A stretch of DNA of 64,000 nt from Mariniblastus sp. (GTDB taxonomy: Bacteria; Planctomycetota; Planctomycetia; Pirellulales; Pirellulaceae), in assembly GCA_023300235.1 (NCBI GenBank), contig JALZWN010000034.1:33514-97513 (forward strand), in the 5' to 3' direction. This document shows, one piece after another, positions 17,602-26,707 of the stretch. Positions within the stretch are counted from its first letter, which is position 1. The number at the start of each line of letters is the position of its first letter. A program made the position numbers and the translations under genes. The notes beneath the pieces were generated by a model. It saw only the letters and a list, made by a program, of their open reading frames with translations, ran no database searches and was not told where the DNA came from.

Positions 17602-19197
17602 CTACATGCCATCTTCTAAGTCGGGTCGGAGATAAGTCGAAGATCGCTTTTTCACTTTCTCTCCATCGTGCATCCTATTAAATAGATCTCTTCGGATTTC
17701 TGTAGAATAAAGGTTTTCAGGGCCGTCGTACCAATCGCCATCGCCCGTCACGCGTAAGTCCTGCTGCTGCGTTAATTGCTCAAAGAGTTCCTTTTTTAGG
17801 GCAACGATCTGCTGGGCATAATCTGGATTGGCGGACAAGTCGGTCATACAACTGGGATCCTTTACGACGTCATAAAGCTCTTCAGGATTGCGTTTACCTA
17901 GCGACAATTTCCAGTACAACGAATCCTCTCCGGCGGTCATAATTTCATTCAATGTCGGGCTCGCATCGGTGTCTAGAAATCCAGTCGATGGATTGCCGCA
18001 CGGCCAACGGGTTGGCTTGAAGTTGTGAATGTAAAAGAGGTCGCCGCGACGGATGGCTCGCACCGGATAGCCCCAATCATTAGGGCGGCCCACATCATTT
18101 CGTTCTCGCCCCATTAGGATTGATTCACGCTCAGGAATCGCCGCCATCTCGCGACCGCCTTTGAATGTTTCAACAAGACTGCGTCCCGCCCACGGTTTCA
18201 TTCCGCTTTGCTCCAGGCTGATTCCTGCCATTTCCATAAACGTCGGTGCCAGATCGGTAAAGCTAACGAACTGGTCGAAAGTTCGTCCCGGATCCTTGAT
18301 TCCGTCTTTCCACATCGCCATAAAAGGCATGTGTGCCGCGTCGTGATACGGATGGCCTTTGACTCGCGGGAACGGCATGCCGTTATCCGAAGTAACAATC
18401 ACCAATGTGTTTTCAAGTAAGCCCAGTCGTTTCAATGCATCGAGACACCCTCCAACATGACGGTCGTAATGTTCAACCTCCACGGCGTAGTCAAGCATGT
18501 CATGACGTACAGCAGCAGTGTCGGGCCAATACCCAGGCACCGACTGTATTGAATCAAGTTTTTTGCCGGACTTAACACCTGACTTAAATTCATAACTTCG
18601 GTGTGGTTCGTTGCACCCCATCCAAAATACAAAAGGTTTAGCCGGATCACGCTCCGACAAAAATTGATTAAAGTTCTTAGTGTAATCGTTGGTCGAAATT
18701 CGCTTCGTTGGACTCTTTCGTTTATGCTTGCCATACGATTTACCTAGCAACTTGCGCCCCTGTGGATCGCCCGGCTTCCAGCCTTTACCCGTCATCCCGA
18801 CTGAGTATCCCCTGTCCCCTAAAGCCTCTGCATAAGTCTTGAACTTCTTGGGGAAAACTGGATTATGATTGGCCGCTGCTTCCAATTGCCAAGGATTGCG
18901 ACCGGTAATGATAACCGATCGTGAAGGAGAACATTTTGGATTGGGCGTATAGGCCGAGGTGAAGTTGATGCCTTGCTTCGCAATTCGATCGATGTTTGGT
19001 GTGTTCACCCAAGTGCATCCGTTTGCACCAAAATGCTCGAACGAAGCATCATCAGCAATGCAAAACAATATATTGGGCAGAGACGGTTCGGCGCCGACCG
19101 CAGGATCGCTGCCCCCCGATTGGGGCTGCGCTCCGTTGGAAGCAGAGGCGCAGAGGGAGGTGGCAAAAATGATGCTGCCAATAATGAGCTTGTTCAT
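17602..19197 (-). CDS. Sulfatase (formylglycine-dependent arylsulfatase family)
   Basis: 'ILFCIADD' and the C-x-P-x-R motif 'CSPSRSVIITGR'. Start chosen at 'MNKLIIGS...', which has an AAGGAA Shine-Dalgarno sequence; the ORF extends to 19245. Confidence 0.9.
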   Translation of the reverse strand: MNKLIIGSIIFATSLCASASNGAQPQSGGSDPAVGAEPSLPNILFCIADDASFEHFGANGCTWVNTPNIDRIAKQGINFTSAYTPNPKCSPSRSVIITGRNPWQLEAAANHNPVFPKKFKTYAEALGDRGYSVGMTGKGWKPGDPQGRKLLGKSYGKHKRKSPTKRISTNDYTKNFNQFLSERDPAKPFVFWMGCNEPHRSYEFKSGVKSGKKLDSIQSVPGYWPDTAAVRHDMLDYAVEVEHYDRHVGGCLDALKRLGLLENTLVIVTSDNGMPFPRVKGHPYHDAAHMPFMAMWKDGIKDPGRTFDQFVSFTDLAPTFMEMAGISLEQSGMKPWAGRSLVETFKGGREMAAIPERESILMGRERNDVGRPNDWGYPVRAIRRGDLFYIHNFKPTRWPCGNPSTGFLDTDASPTLNEIMTAGEDSLYWKLSLGKRNPEELYDVVKDPSCMTDLSANPDYAQQIVALKKELFEQLTQQQDLRVTGDGDWYDGPENLYSTEIRRDLFNRMHDGEKVKKRSSTYLRPDLEDGM

Positions 19198-20272
19198 AAA
19201 TTCCTTTTTGATTTTTCTGGTCGCGGTTATTCCGCGGTGCTTCAAGACAGAGTCAGGGCCTAGGAGAACGTTAAGCGACTAAACATGAGGTTGTTAAATC
19301 TACGACGCGGCACTTATATCGCCCTTTGAACGAACGCTCGCAAATACAAATTCCAACGACTAAAACGACTTGCTCCCATTCCAATCGTCGTTTTACGAAA
19401 CAATTAAATCAGAGGACGCCATTCGTGAATCAATTCTGAGGGACGCTCTTTTTTTGTTGCAATGCAGGATTTCAATGTTTCGAATCTAGAACTCGAAACT
19501 AGTGCCAACCGCCAAAACAAATGAAGGTGACGTTTATCACAACCTAAAGCGCTGTTCCAAGATCAAGCCATACCTGAACGTTTTAAGCGAACCGATACTT
19601 TCCGGTTTGCTCGTGCCGCAATGACGGCGCGCCCAATTACTAGTTAATGCATTATCGTCTTGAATTATTGCCGTTGATTCTACGGATTTGCTGAAAGAGT
19701 TCGAAATCTCGCCGTAAGCAAAGCAGCCTACCCGATCAGCACTATTGCCTGGGGTTTGCTTTGAACGCTTTTACTCAATTTTTGGCAGTTTCACTTGGAA
19801 ACGAAAACTAGTTACTCTACGGACCACAAGTAACCCCATGACGCCGTTGCGTCCACTGTTCAGCCCCGACCAGCAAGGCAGCACGATGTTGTGCATGCCC
19901 ATCGGTAACAGGTTACTAGCTAGTCTCAGCAGTCTGCATCTTGCCATTGCCGCGAGCCACTGACCAGCGTCGGTCGCGATAATTGGATTCGCTTGCTGTT
20001 CCCGCTCTTGGCGTTTCTGTTAGCCAAGAACCGCCCCCCCAAGGCTCAACACTATCTGTTATGCCTGAGCCTGATTGGGAGCATGCTTAGCTGCACCATT
20101 CTTACGTCGGCTCTTGAACTGCGATCGCTTGCCTCCGAATCCGTGCACAGATCGTTTTCTGATTGGCAGACCGTCTTTAAATTTGCAGTCTTTTGGCCCA
20201 CTAATTTGGTACTACCAACGCATTCACCGGGCCGACGACAGCCTGGACCTTAAACGCTCGCTAAGACAGCGC

Positions 20273-20514
20273 TGAGTTTAACGGCGATCCGGCAGGCGAA
20301 GGCGGCAGCGTTTAGCTGAACACCAACGCCCACACTGATTCGACAACTCTGAATTCTTACAATGGAACCTGAATCGAAACTTGGGACAAAAGCACAGCGG
20401 TGTGGACCACCAGAGGTTCTAAGTGCGGTTGAAATATTAAAGAGCGGTGTGGGAAGAACTGCCGTTATACAGCTACCGCTTCCGCTTCCGCCTTCCGGAT
20501 CGCCGTTAAACTCA
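20273..20514. repeat. 242-bp element bounded by ~45-nt imperfect inverted repeats (20-nt perfect core)
   Basis: TGAGTTTAACGGCGATCCGG at 20273-20292 is the exact reverse complement of 20495-20514. The arms extend at about 80 percent identity to 20317 and 20471. Confidence 0.65.
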
Positions 20515-20583
20515 CTTAAAATTTTGAACAGCAACGCGATCGCTGGCAGCAACAAAACCAAAGCAGCGACGGAACAGAATCAT

Positions 20584-20647
20584 AACCCGAATGCGTAAGC
20601 GAGGGATTAGAAGGTGCAGAGTAATCCCTCGCTTACGCGTTCGGGTT
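20584..20647. repeat. REP-like palindromic hairpin, copy B
   Basis: Same 24-nt arms as copy A (one G-U-compatible change), with a different 16-nt loop 'TAGAAGGTGCAGAGTA'. Confidence 0.75.
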
Positions 20648-20914
20648 GCGAACGTCAGCGTCGCCTTGCGCTCCGAGACTGACATTTAATCAAGATATCA
20701 ATTTTGAGAATTCGCTTTACAGCGACGCGCCGAAGTTGAAATCTATCTCAAGGCTTTCGGGCGTGGTTTTAAGCGTGACCTTCTTGCCCCGATTTTCAGA
20801 ACCGACATCTAACATCAGCCTCTCCGTGAACGAGCGTTCTTTTACGGATTAAAAGGCGACATTGAAATTCGGCCGCTCCGCGAAGCAGCGAGCTTCGCAC
20901 GAAAGAAGAAAAAG

Positions 20915-20998
20915 TACCCGAGGCGGGACTTGAACCCGCACGTCCGTAAGGACACAGGATTTTAAATCCTGAGCGTCTGCCAATTCCGCCACTCGGGC
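20915..20998 (-). tRNA. tRNA-Leu (anticodon UAA), class II with long variable arm; CCA not encoded
   Basis: Minus-strand read: GCCCGAG acceptor, D-arm GCG/CGC, anticodon stem CAGGA/TCCTG with loop TTTAAAA, variable stem GTCC/GGAC, T-arm GCGGG-TTCAAGT-CCCGC. Confidence 0.9.
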
Positions 20999-21015
20999 AG
21001 GTACTTGGTCCGGAG

Positions 21016-21044
21016 AATGTAGAAGATTCTACTCGTCTTTGCAA
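21016..21044 (-). promoter_or_regulatory. Sigma-70-like promoter for tRNA-Leu
   Basis: On the minus strand: TTGCAA, 17 nt, TACATT. It ends 17 nt upstream of the mature tRNA 5' end. Confidence 0.45.
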
Positions 21045-21279
21045 TGCTCACTGACCTACAGATAATTGAGTATTCAAAAACAATTCCTGAATCGTCTCGC
21101 CGTTCCCATCGACGCCGCAAAAGACGCGGCCCTTCTAATAGAAAACCGCCTTCGATCTACAAACGCCTTGCCGATCACGACCGCGAACAAACAAAATTCG
21201 CTTCGGCTGGCGATCAGGAAAACCCCAGAAATAACCCCAGAAAATCTGCCTCTACCCAACCCCTTCGTTAAAAATGCTA

Positions 21280-22926
21280 TTAGTCGTTGGGCTCACCCAT
21301 TTTGGCTTTCAGCGTCAATTCTTTACCGCCTCGAAGAACTTGAATTACGGCCTCTTCGCCAATTTCATATTGAGCAATCACCAATCGTAATTCATCAAAG
21401 CTCTTTATCTCTTGATCGCCAATTTTTACGATCTCGTCTCCAACTTTCACGCCGGCTCGATCGGCGGCTTCGCCTTCCACTACGGTAGCAATCAAGCAGG
21501 CGCCCAAACGTTGTGCCGGTCGCCGCTCTCGAATTTGATTGGCAAGTCCTCGAGGTGGGGAACTGCTTACCCCTAAAAATGCTTTCGCTTTGAAATCAAT
21601 GTTAACGTCCCTGCGTCGTTTCTGTTGAAAATCAATAAATGCCGCTGCTGGAAACTTGCATCGCTCAAGCCACAATCGGCGCAATTGCCTCAACGCCGTC
21701 AGCCCGTCAAACGTATCGCTCTCCAAATCAATCTTGATCAAGTCGACCGACGCTAACTGACGAAAATCTCTCAGCAGCAACGCTTCCATTTCTCCGAACT
21801 TGCATTTTTCAAACCGAATATGACTCAACTCCGAATCCCCACTAGCAACCACTCTCAACACATCAGCAAGATCCGTCGCCCCGCGGATGGTCAACATACG
21901 TAACTTCGGCGGCAATGCTTCTTTTAGATCAGACGCGACGGAACATTCGGTCAGCACGACAGTTCCCAGAGGATGCTCTTTCAGCACAGACAGCAACGCG
22001 TCGGTAACCTCCAAGTTTTTCAGGTAAAGGTTGCTGATTGGCAAAATCGACGTCGCTTCTTCAAAGTCAAAAACCGAATAGTCGCCTTTCCAATCTTCGC
22101 CGATCGTGACGGTCACAGGCTGCTTTTGCACCATCGCCATTTTTTCCTCAAAGCCGTCTGCCCCCTGACTGGAATTCAAGACCAGCTGTTTGTTTTGCTC
22201 AAGCGTCCCCTCCAAAACTAGCCTTACTACCTCAGCAATGGATCGAGTCGACACTGGCGATTTTCGCACTTTCACTTTGGCCGGTTTCGATCCTGAGGCT
22301 ATCCGTCCTCCGTCTCCTATTTTCAATTCGAAAACTTGTCGTCCGGGAGCCATTTGCAAACGAAGTCCATTCACTAGCACGTTGGCTGCCCCATCGCGTC
22401 CCATGCCTTGAAAAGGATCGACCACGACTGCGCCTTGCTCGCGCCAAGCAGCAACCACCGCGGATCGGCGCTGAGAAGCCCACCGCTCCAACATCGGCTT
22501 GACCCGCTGATCAGGCACATTGAACCGAAGTCGCAGCACCGCCAGCACCTTAAACAATGACTCTTCATCGCACTTCTCTGAACACGCTTGCAGGATTCGT
22601 TTGACCCGAGAACACACATCCGGCTTGCAGTCAATCAACTCCTCCAACAACAAATCGATCGCTGGCGCACCAATTTCGATCAACTGCCGTTCCGCTAGTT
22701 CTCGCTGGTCGAAGTCGACTTCATAGAGCTGTTCGATCAACCGTCCGATCTGTGGCTGCGGTTCCTGGCGCTCACTTTCTCCAACGGAGACGCCGGTCAG
22801 TAAAAAACAACACACTAAAACTGCTATCACGCTCGCTGGCATCGAGCGTGCTATCAAACTGTAAAACCGATTGATCGCTTTGCGGCGAAGATTAAGAGAG
22901 CAAGTTTGTTCTTGGCAATCCATCAC
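21280..22926 (-). CDS. Membrane-anchored/secreted protein with leucine-rich-repeat-like region and C-terminal PDZ domain
   Basis: N-terminal hydrophobic segment. C-terminal PDZ-like 'VVEGEAADRAGVKVGDEIVKIGDQEIKSFDELRLVIAQYEIGEEAVIQVLRGGKELTL'. Confidence 0.7.
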   Translation of the reverse strand: MMDCQEQTCSLNLRRKAINRFYSLIARSMPASVIAVLVCCFLLTGVSVGESERQEPQPQIGRLIEQLYEVDFDQRELAERQLIEIGAPAIDLLLEELIDCKPDVCSRVKRILQACSEKCDEESLFKVLAVLRLRFNVPDQRVKPMLERWASQRRSAVVAAWREQGAVVVDPFQGMGRDGAANVLVNGLRLQMAPGRQVFELKIGDGGRIASGSKPAKVKVRKSPVSTRSIAEVVRLVLEGTLEQNKQLVLNSSQGADGFEEKMAMVQKQPVTVTIGEDWKGDYSVFDFEEATSILPISNLYLKNLEVTDALLSVLKEHPLGTVVLTECSVASDLKEALPPKLRMLTIRGATDLADVLRVVASGDSELSHIRFEKCKFGEMEALLLRDFRQLASVDLIKIDLESDTFDGLTALRQLRRLWLERCKFPAAAFIDFQQKRRRDVNIDFKAKAFLGVSSSPPRGLANQIRERRPAQRLGACLIATVVEGEAADRAGVKVGDEIVKIGDQEIKSFDELRLVIAQYEIGEEAVIQVLRGGKELTLKAKMGEPND

Positions 22927-23234
22927 AATAGCCTTTCGAAAAGGTCAAATTAGCGTTGTTTAGGCGTGGTCGACTCCGGAACGCACTATCTTACAGAGAA
23001 CTAGTATGGGTTGTCGAGTTTGCCGCAACAAAACCACCATTTTACCTGATCGACAAATCTGGACTAAAAGGACCGATTTCATTGAAGCGATTTACCGTCA
23101 AGGGTCGATAGAACTAAACAATAACGGATTTCACACTTTGCCGGTGCCTTTTCTAGCCGCCAAACTCCTTCCAGGTGTGGCCGTTTACTTAACTTCATTC
23201 CAAAAAATCGAAAATCCCTGCCTGAGAATCACCC

Positions 23235-23675
23235 ATGAAGATCCACACTAGCCGCTTCGCCGCGATCGAGATCGAACCGGATGACATTCTGTTTTTCAGA
23301 AACGGATTGCTGGGCTTTGAAGATTGCCGCCATTGGGTTCTGCTGGCAGACGCGGACAATGCTGCTGTCGCTTGGTTGCAAAGCATGCAACACGCCGACA
23401 TCGCCGTCCCAGTCGTGTCACCTCGCCGCTTCGTTTCTGACTACCAAGTTCACCTTGAACCTGCCGACGTGAGCTCACTGCAGCTAACCGCCGTAGATCA
23501 AGCGTACGTTTTGTCGGTCGTTAGCCGCGATGAGAGCATGCTAACGATGAACTTGCGAGCACCTTTGGTCATCAACTTGGACCGTCGCATCGGCTGCCAA
23601 GTGGTCACTGCCGACGCTCAACCGATCCAGTTTGAACTGGCTTCATTGCCCACGGCACTACGTAAGAGTGCTTAA
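23235..23675 (+). CDS. fliW: Flagellar assembly factor FliW
   Basis: Typical N-terminus 'RFAAIEIEPDDILFFRNGLLGFEDCRHWVLLAD', about 146 aa, with csrA downstream. Confidence 0.85.
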   Translation: MKIHTSRFAAIEIEPDDILFFRNGLLGFEDCRHWVLLADADNAAVAWLQSMQHADIAVPVVSPRRFVSDYQVHLEPADVSSLQLTAVDQAYVLSVVSRDESMLTMNLRAPLVINLDRRIGCQVVTADAQPIQFELASLPTALRKSA

Positions 23676-23761
23676 GCCATCGAACCGGCACCCCGCCAAT
23701 TCGAACCTACTTGTCCGGTGAATCGCAGGCACAGCCCGCATGAATCGCACCCACGGCTTAT

Positions 23762-23793
23762 CCGTCTACCTTCCGGGTCGACGGTTTTTTTTT
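23762..23793 (+). terminator. Rho-independent terminator after fliW
   Basis: CCGTCTACC / GGTCGACGG stem (one mismatch) followed by T9. Confidence 0.7.
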
Positions 23794-24229
23794 GCCTTGT
23801 TGCCAAGCATTGAGATCAGCACGAAGCCACCACTCAGCTATTATAGCCCTAAGCCACTGCCATGCAGGCTTGCAACCAACTGCCCATGGCCTCGCTAACG
23901 CTGGTGGCAGTCCCAGCACGCCCCAGCCTCTAGCCTCTATTGCTGGGCGACCTTAACGATTGCAACAAGCAATCGGATTCGAAGCCGTTTTCAAATACGT
24001 CATAAGCCGCACGGGCGTTAAAAAACATCGCCACAGAATTCGGCGAACCTTTGCCAGCAAACTCGGACGATAGCTGGTTCGTGGAACGACGTGTTTCATT
24101 CCGGGCCATCTTAACGGCTTTAGAATTATCCAGTTACGGCGGCAAACGATTGCCCTGAACTAAAAAAGTATTGGTTTGCTGCTGCAGCCAACGCTCAAGC
24201 AGTCAACTCAGTTTCAGAAGGAGCCAGCC

Positions 24230-24445
24230 ATGCTGGTCTTGTCACGACATCGCGACGAAAGCATCATGATCGGTGACGACGTAGTCATTACCGTCGTGGA
24301 CATTCGTGGAGACAAAGTTCGCCTCGGCATCGACGCCCCTCAAGAGATTCCGGTTCATCGCCAAGAAGTCTACGACGCGATCAAACGGGAAAATCAAAAG
24401 GCCAGCCGCCTCGGCCCCAAAGAAACTCGCGACCTAGGAAAGTAA
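24230..24445 (+). CDS. csrA: Carbon storage regulator CsrA
   Basis: 'MLVLSRHRDESIMIGDDVVITVVDIRGDKVRLGIDAPQEIPVHRQEVY'. AGAAGGAG Shine-Dalgarno sequence 7 nt upstream of the ATG at 24230; the listed ORF start at 24176 is an upstream extension. Confidence 0.95.
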   Translation: MLVLSRHRDESIMIGDDVVITVVDIRGDKVRLGIDAPQEIPVHRQEVYDAIKRENQKASRLGPKETRDLGK

Positions 24446-24521
24446 TCCATCCCTAACGGGTGCCCTTCGAAAAGGCCCCCCAAGAACGTCACAGCGGCCC
24501 AACCCCAAGAAGCCGCGTGCT

Positions 24522-25364
24522 CTAAACTCGGCAGATCTCTAGCACTTGCTGTGGCGATGCGATGTAGCTGGTATAAAACGGCCCAAACTCCGCATACTTT
24601 GCGCTGGCCTCATCGAATCTCATCTCGTAAACGATGTCTTTGAGATATTTAGGATTGGTGGCCCACAGCGTCACGCCCCATTCCCAATCATCCAAGCCGA
24701 TGCCAACTGTAATCAGTTGGGTGACCTTGCCGGCGAACTTGATACCACTTCTCGCATGCTGCGACATCATTCGTTGACGCTCCGACGACGCTTGCGAAAA
24801 CCAATTCGCTCCCGGCACTCGCCATTTATTCATTGGATAAAAACAAGAAACGGGCCAATCAGGAAAGTCTGGTGTCAGACGTTGGTAGTTCATCTTTCCA
24901 ACGCGTCCCCCGTAGGCGGCAATCTTTTTCTGAAACGCCGAACTCTCCGGGTCTTCGCCTTCCCGCTTCAATCGTTCACCGTATTGCTCGACCGACAACG
25001 CATACTCTGAAATCTCAGAGATCGACACGTAAGACCATGTCGTATTAAGGAGTTTCCCCATTGCCGATGCCATCAATCGCTGGTGGAGGGATTCGACTTT
25101 GATCGGGTCAGGGTCCATCAACATCAGCGAAAAATCAGCTTTGTGGCCACTGGTCATCCCCAGTTGAAACCGAGCAGGGTGGTGATCACCATCGCTCAGC
25201 ACGGCAACGAACTCTTCTTTGGCTACTTGCAGTCCGCCGCTGTCCTCGGCACCGAGCCTTGCAATCGCAGGTCGATCAAAAGAATAAAAGAAATGGCTGC
25301 AATGCCAACCTTCTCCCGGAGTTACGTCTTGTTCTTCAAAACCGAGATCTGAAATTTTACTCAT
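24522..25364 (-). CDS. Chlorite dismutase / HemQ (coproheme decarboxylase) family protein
   Basis: 'CFYPMNKWR...ANWF', 'RQRMMSQHARSG' and 'GLDDWEWGVTLWA' are patterns typical of the Cld/HemQ family. Confidence 0.7.
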   Translation of the reverse strand: MSKISDLGFEEQDVTPGEGWHCSHFFYSFDRPAIARLGAEDSGGLQVAKEEFVAVLSDGDHHPARFQLGMTSGHKADFSLMLMDPDPIKVESLHQRLMASAMGKLLNTTWSYVSISEISEYALSVEQYGERLKREGEDPESSAFQKKIAAYGGRVGKMNYQRLTPDFPDWPVSCFYPMNKWRVPGANWFSQASSERQRMMSQHARSGIKFAGKVTQLITVGIGLDDWEWGVTLWATNPKYLKDIVYEMRFDEASAKYAEFGPFYTSYIASPQQVLEICRV

Positions 25365-25770
25365 TAGTTACTTTGCTTCTACTCAAAAGGTCACTGACTT
25401 TTTCTAACAGCAGTGGGATTTTTACTGGTTTATAGAAGTACCCTTCAACCCCTAGCACCTCCGCATACGTCCGATGTCGGTCGCCAAAGTTACCAGTGAC
25501 CATGACAACGGGGATCGGATCTTCAAGAATCTGAAGCAAGCGTTCGAGTACCAAAAACCCGCTGCGTCTTGGCAGCATGATATCGAGTACGATCAAGTCG
25601 GGCGACTTAGTCTCAGCCACGGCCAACCCTTCGTTGCCGTCTTTTGCGACCGTGGTGACATAACCGGCACCCTCAAACGCGTTCGACAATATACGCGCCA
25701 TTTCACGATCGTCGTCGACAATCAGAATATGATGAGATTGTTCTGTAGCTAGGTGGTTGTCTATCGCCAT
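25357..25770 (-). CDS. Stand-alone response-regulator receiver domain (CheY-like)
   Basis: 'ILIVDDDREMARIL...PDLIVLDIMLPRRSGFLVLERL...PVVMVTG...YFYKPV'. The ORF is open up to 25923; I chose the start at 'MAIDNH'. Confidence 0.75.
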   Translation of the reverse strand: MAIDNHLATEQSHHILIVDDDREMARILSNAFEGAGYVTTVAKDGNEGLAVAETKSPDLIVLDIMLPRRSGFLVLERLLQILEDPIPVVMVTGNFGDRHRTYAEVLGVEGYFYKPVKIPLLLEKVSDLLSRSKVTNE

Positions 25771-26137
25771 TTTCCGCTTGTTATCGAGGGTGGAGTTCAA
25801 AGGCGTTTCTAAGATTTGCAACCGAAATGGATCGCAGGATCGAAACTGTTCCGGCATAGTACCATTTAGGGGGGCCGCAAGACAGGCCACGAGCATCGAG
25901 ATTTTCTGTCCAAAGTCTATCAAGGATTTTTCCTATTGGAGTCGCAAAAAATCAAACTGAGCAATATTTCTGTCCGCTACGATAAAATAAAGAAGTAGGA
26001 GGAACCATAGAGTACCGAATGTTCGGAATTTCTAGCTCGCACAGAAAACCGAAAACTTCTTGGGCGAATCCGACCGATGACCCAATAGAGGCGAGTTTGC
26101 GAAGGAACGCATCCCAACACTTAACCGGGACTTTGAT

Positions 26138-26707
26138 ATGTGGCGTTCATTCTTTTTTTCAGTCGGAACCATTCTGATTTTTTTCGGCCTCCAATGCTTG
26201 GTGGTCGAAGAATTCCGAGTCGACAAAAACAGCCGGATCTTTTCTGTAGTCGCCAGAGCCAACCGTGCTCTCGATGCATCCACACGTCAAGACTATCGAC
26301 CTCAACCGCAAGACATTCGCCCCCAAGACTACCGACCGCAAAACGAAATCGGGGCTCGAGGGAATCAAGCTGCGAATTTAGCGAATCAGCAACGCTTTTC
26401 TTTGCCCTCGTCTGAATCTTATTACGGCGGCCCGTCGCGATTTCAAAATTCGAGCTACCCCAGCTACCCGTCCGCCTACGGAAACCGTTCGCCGGTTGCT
26501 CAGCAGTCTCTACCTGCCAACCTGGTATCCAGCCCAACCAATCTGAATCAACTTGGACTTGGCAACCGAATAGGTAGCAGCCCACGCATCAAAGCCTTGC
26601 ACAGCTACCTTGTAAAAGACTGGATGCCATGGGGATTTCTAGCCGCTGGCACCATCGTCACACTCTACACGAACTCAACCCGCCACTCTCGTTACTCCGG
26701 CGACTAA
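26138..26707 (+). CDS. Hypothetical membrane protein with Q/P/Y-rich low-complexity core
   Basis: N- and C-terminal hydrophobic helices. Internal repeat 'QDYRPQPQDIRPQDYRPQ'. The stop TAA abuts the next ATG. Confidence 0.5.
   Translation: MWRSFFFSVGTILIFFGLQCLVVEEFRVDKNSRIFSVVARANRALDASTRQDYRPQPQDIRPQDYRPQNEIGARGNQAANLANQQRFSLPSSESYYGGPSRFQNSSYPSYPSAYGNRSPVAQQSLPANLVSSPTNLNQLGLGNRIGSSPRIKALHSYLVKDWMPWGFLAAGTIVTLYTNSTRHSRYSGD

Noticed and set aside
20250-20561. 103-aa minus-strand ORF with a signal-like N-terminus in the ORF-poor tract. Plus-strand ORFs also lie at 19745-19963, 19993-20253 and 20362-20598.
   Set aside because: It reads across both arms of the 242-bp inverted-repeat element, so part of the peptide is dictated by the palindrome. 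All these ORFs mutually overlap, are short, and lack Shine-Dalgarno sequences and motifs.
22927-23234. Search for a sigma-28 (FliA) type promoter (TAAA-N15-GCCGATAA) upstream of fliW.
   Set aside because: Only fragments are present (CCGAT, GTCGATAG), with the wrong spacing to any TAAA. No promoter is called.
24176-24229. 18-codon N-terminal extension of csrA in the ORF track.
   Set aside because: The CsrA family begins 'MLVLSR'. A strong AGAAGGAG Shine-Dalgarno sequence sits just upstream of the internal ATG at 24230.
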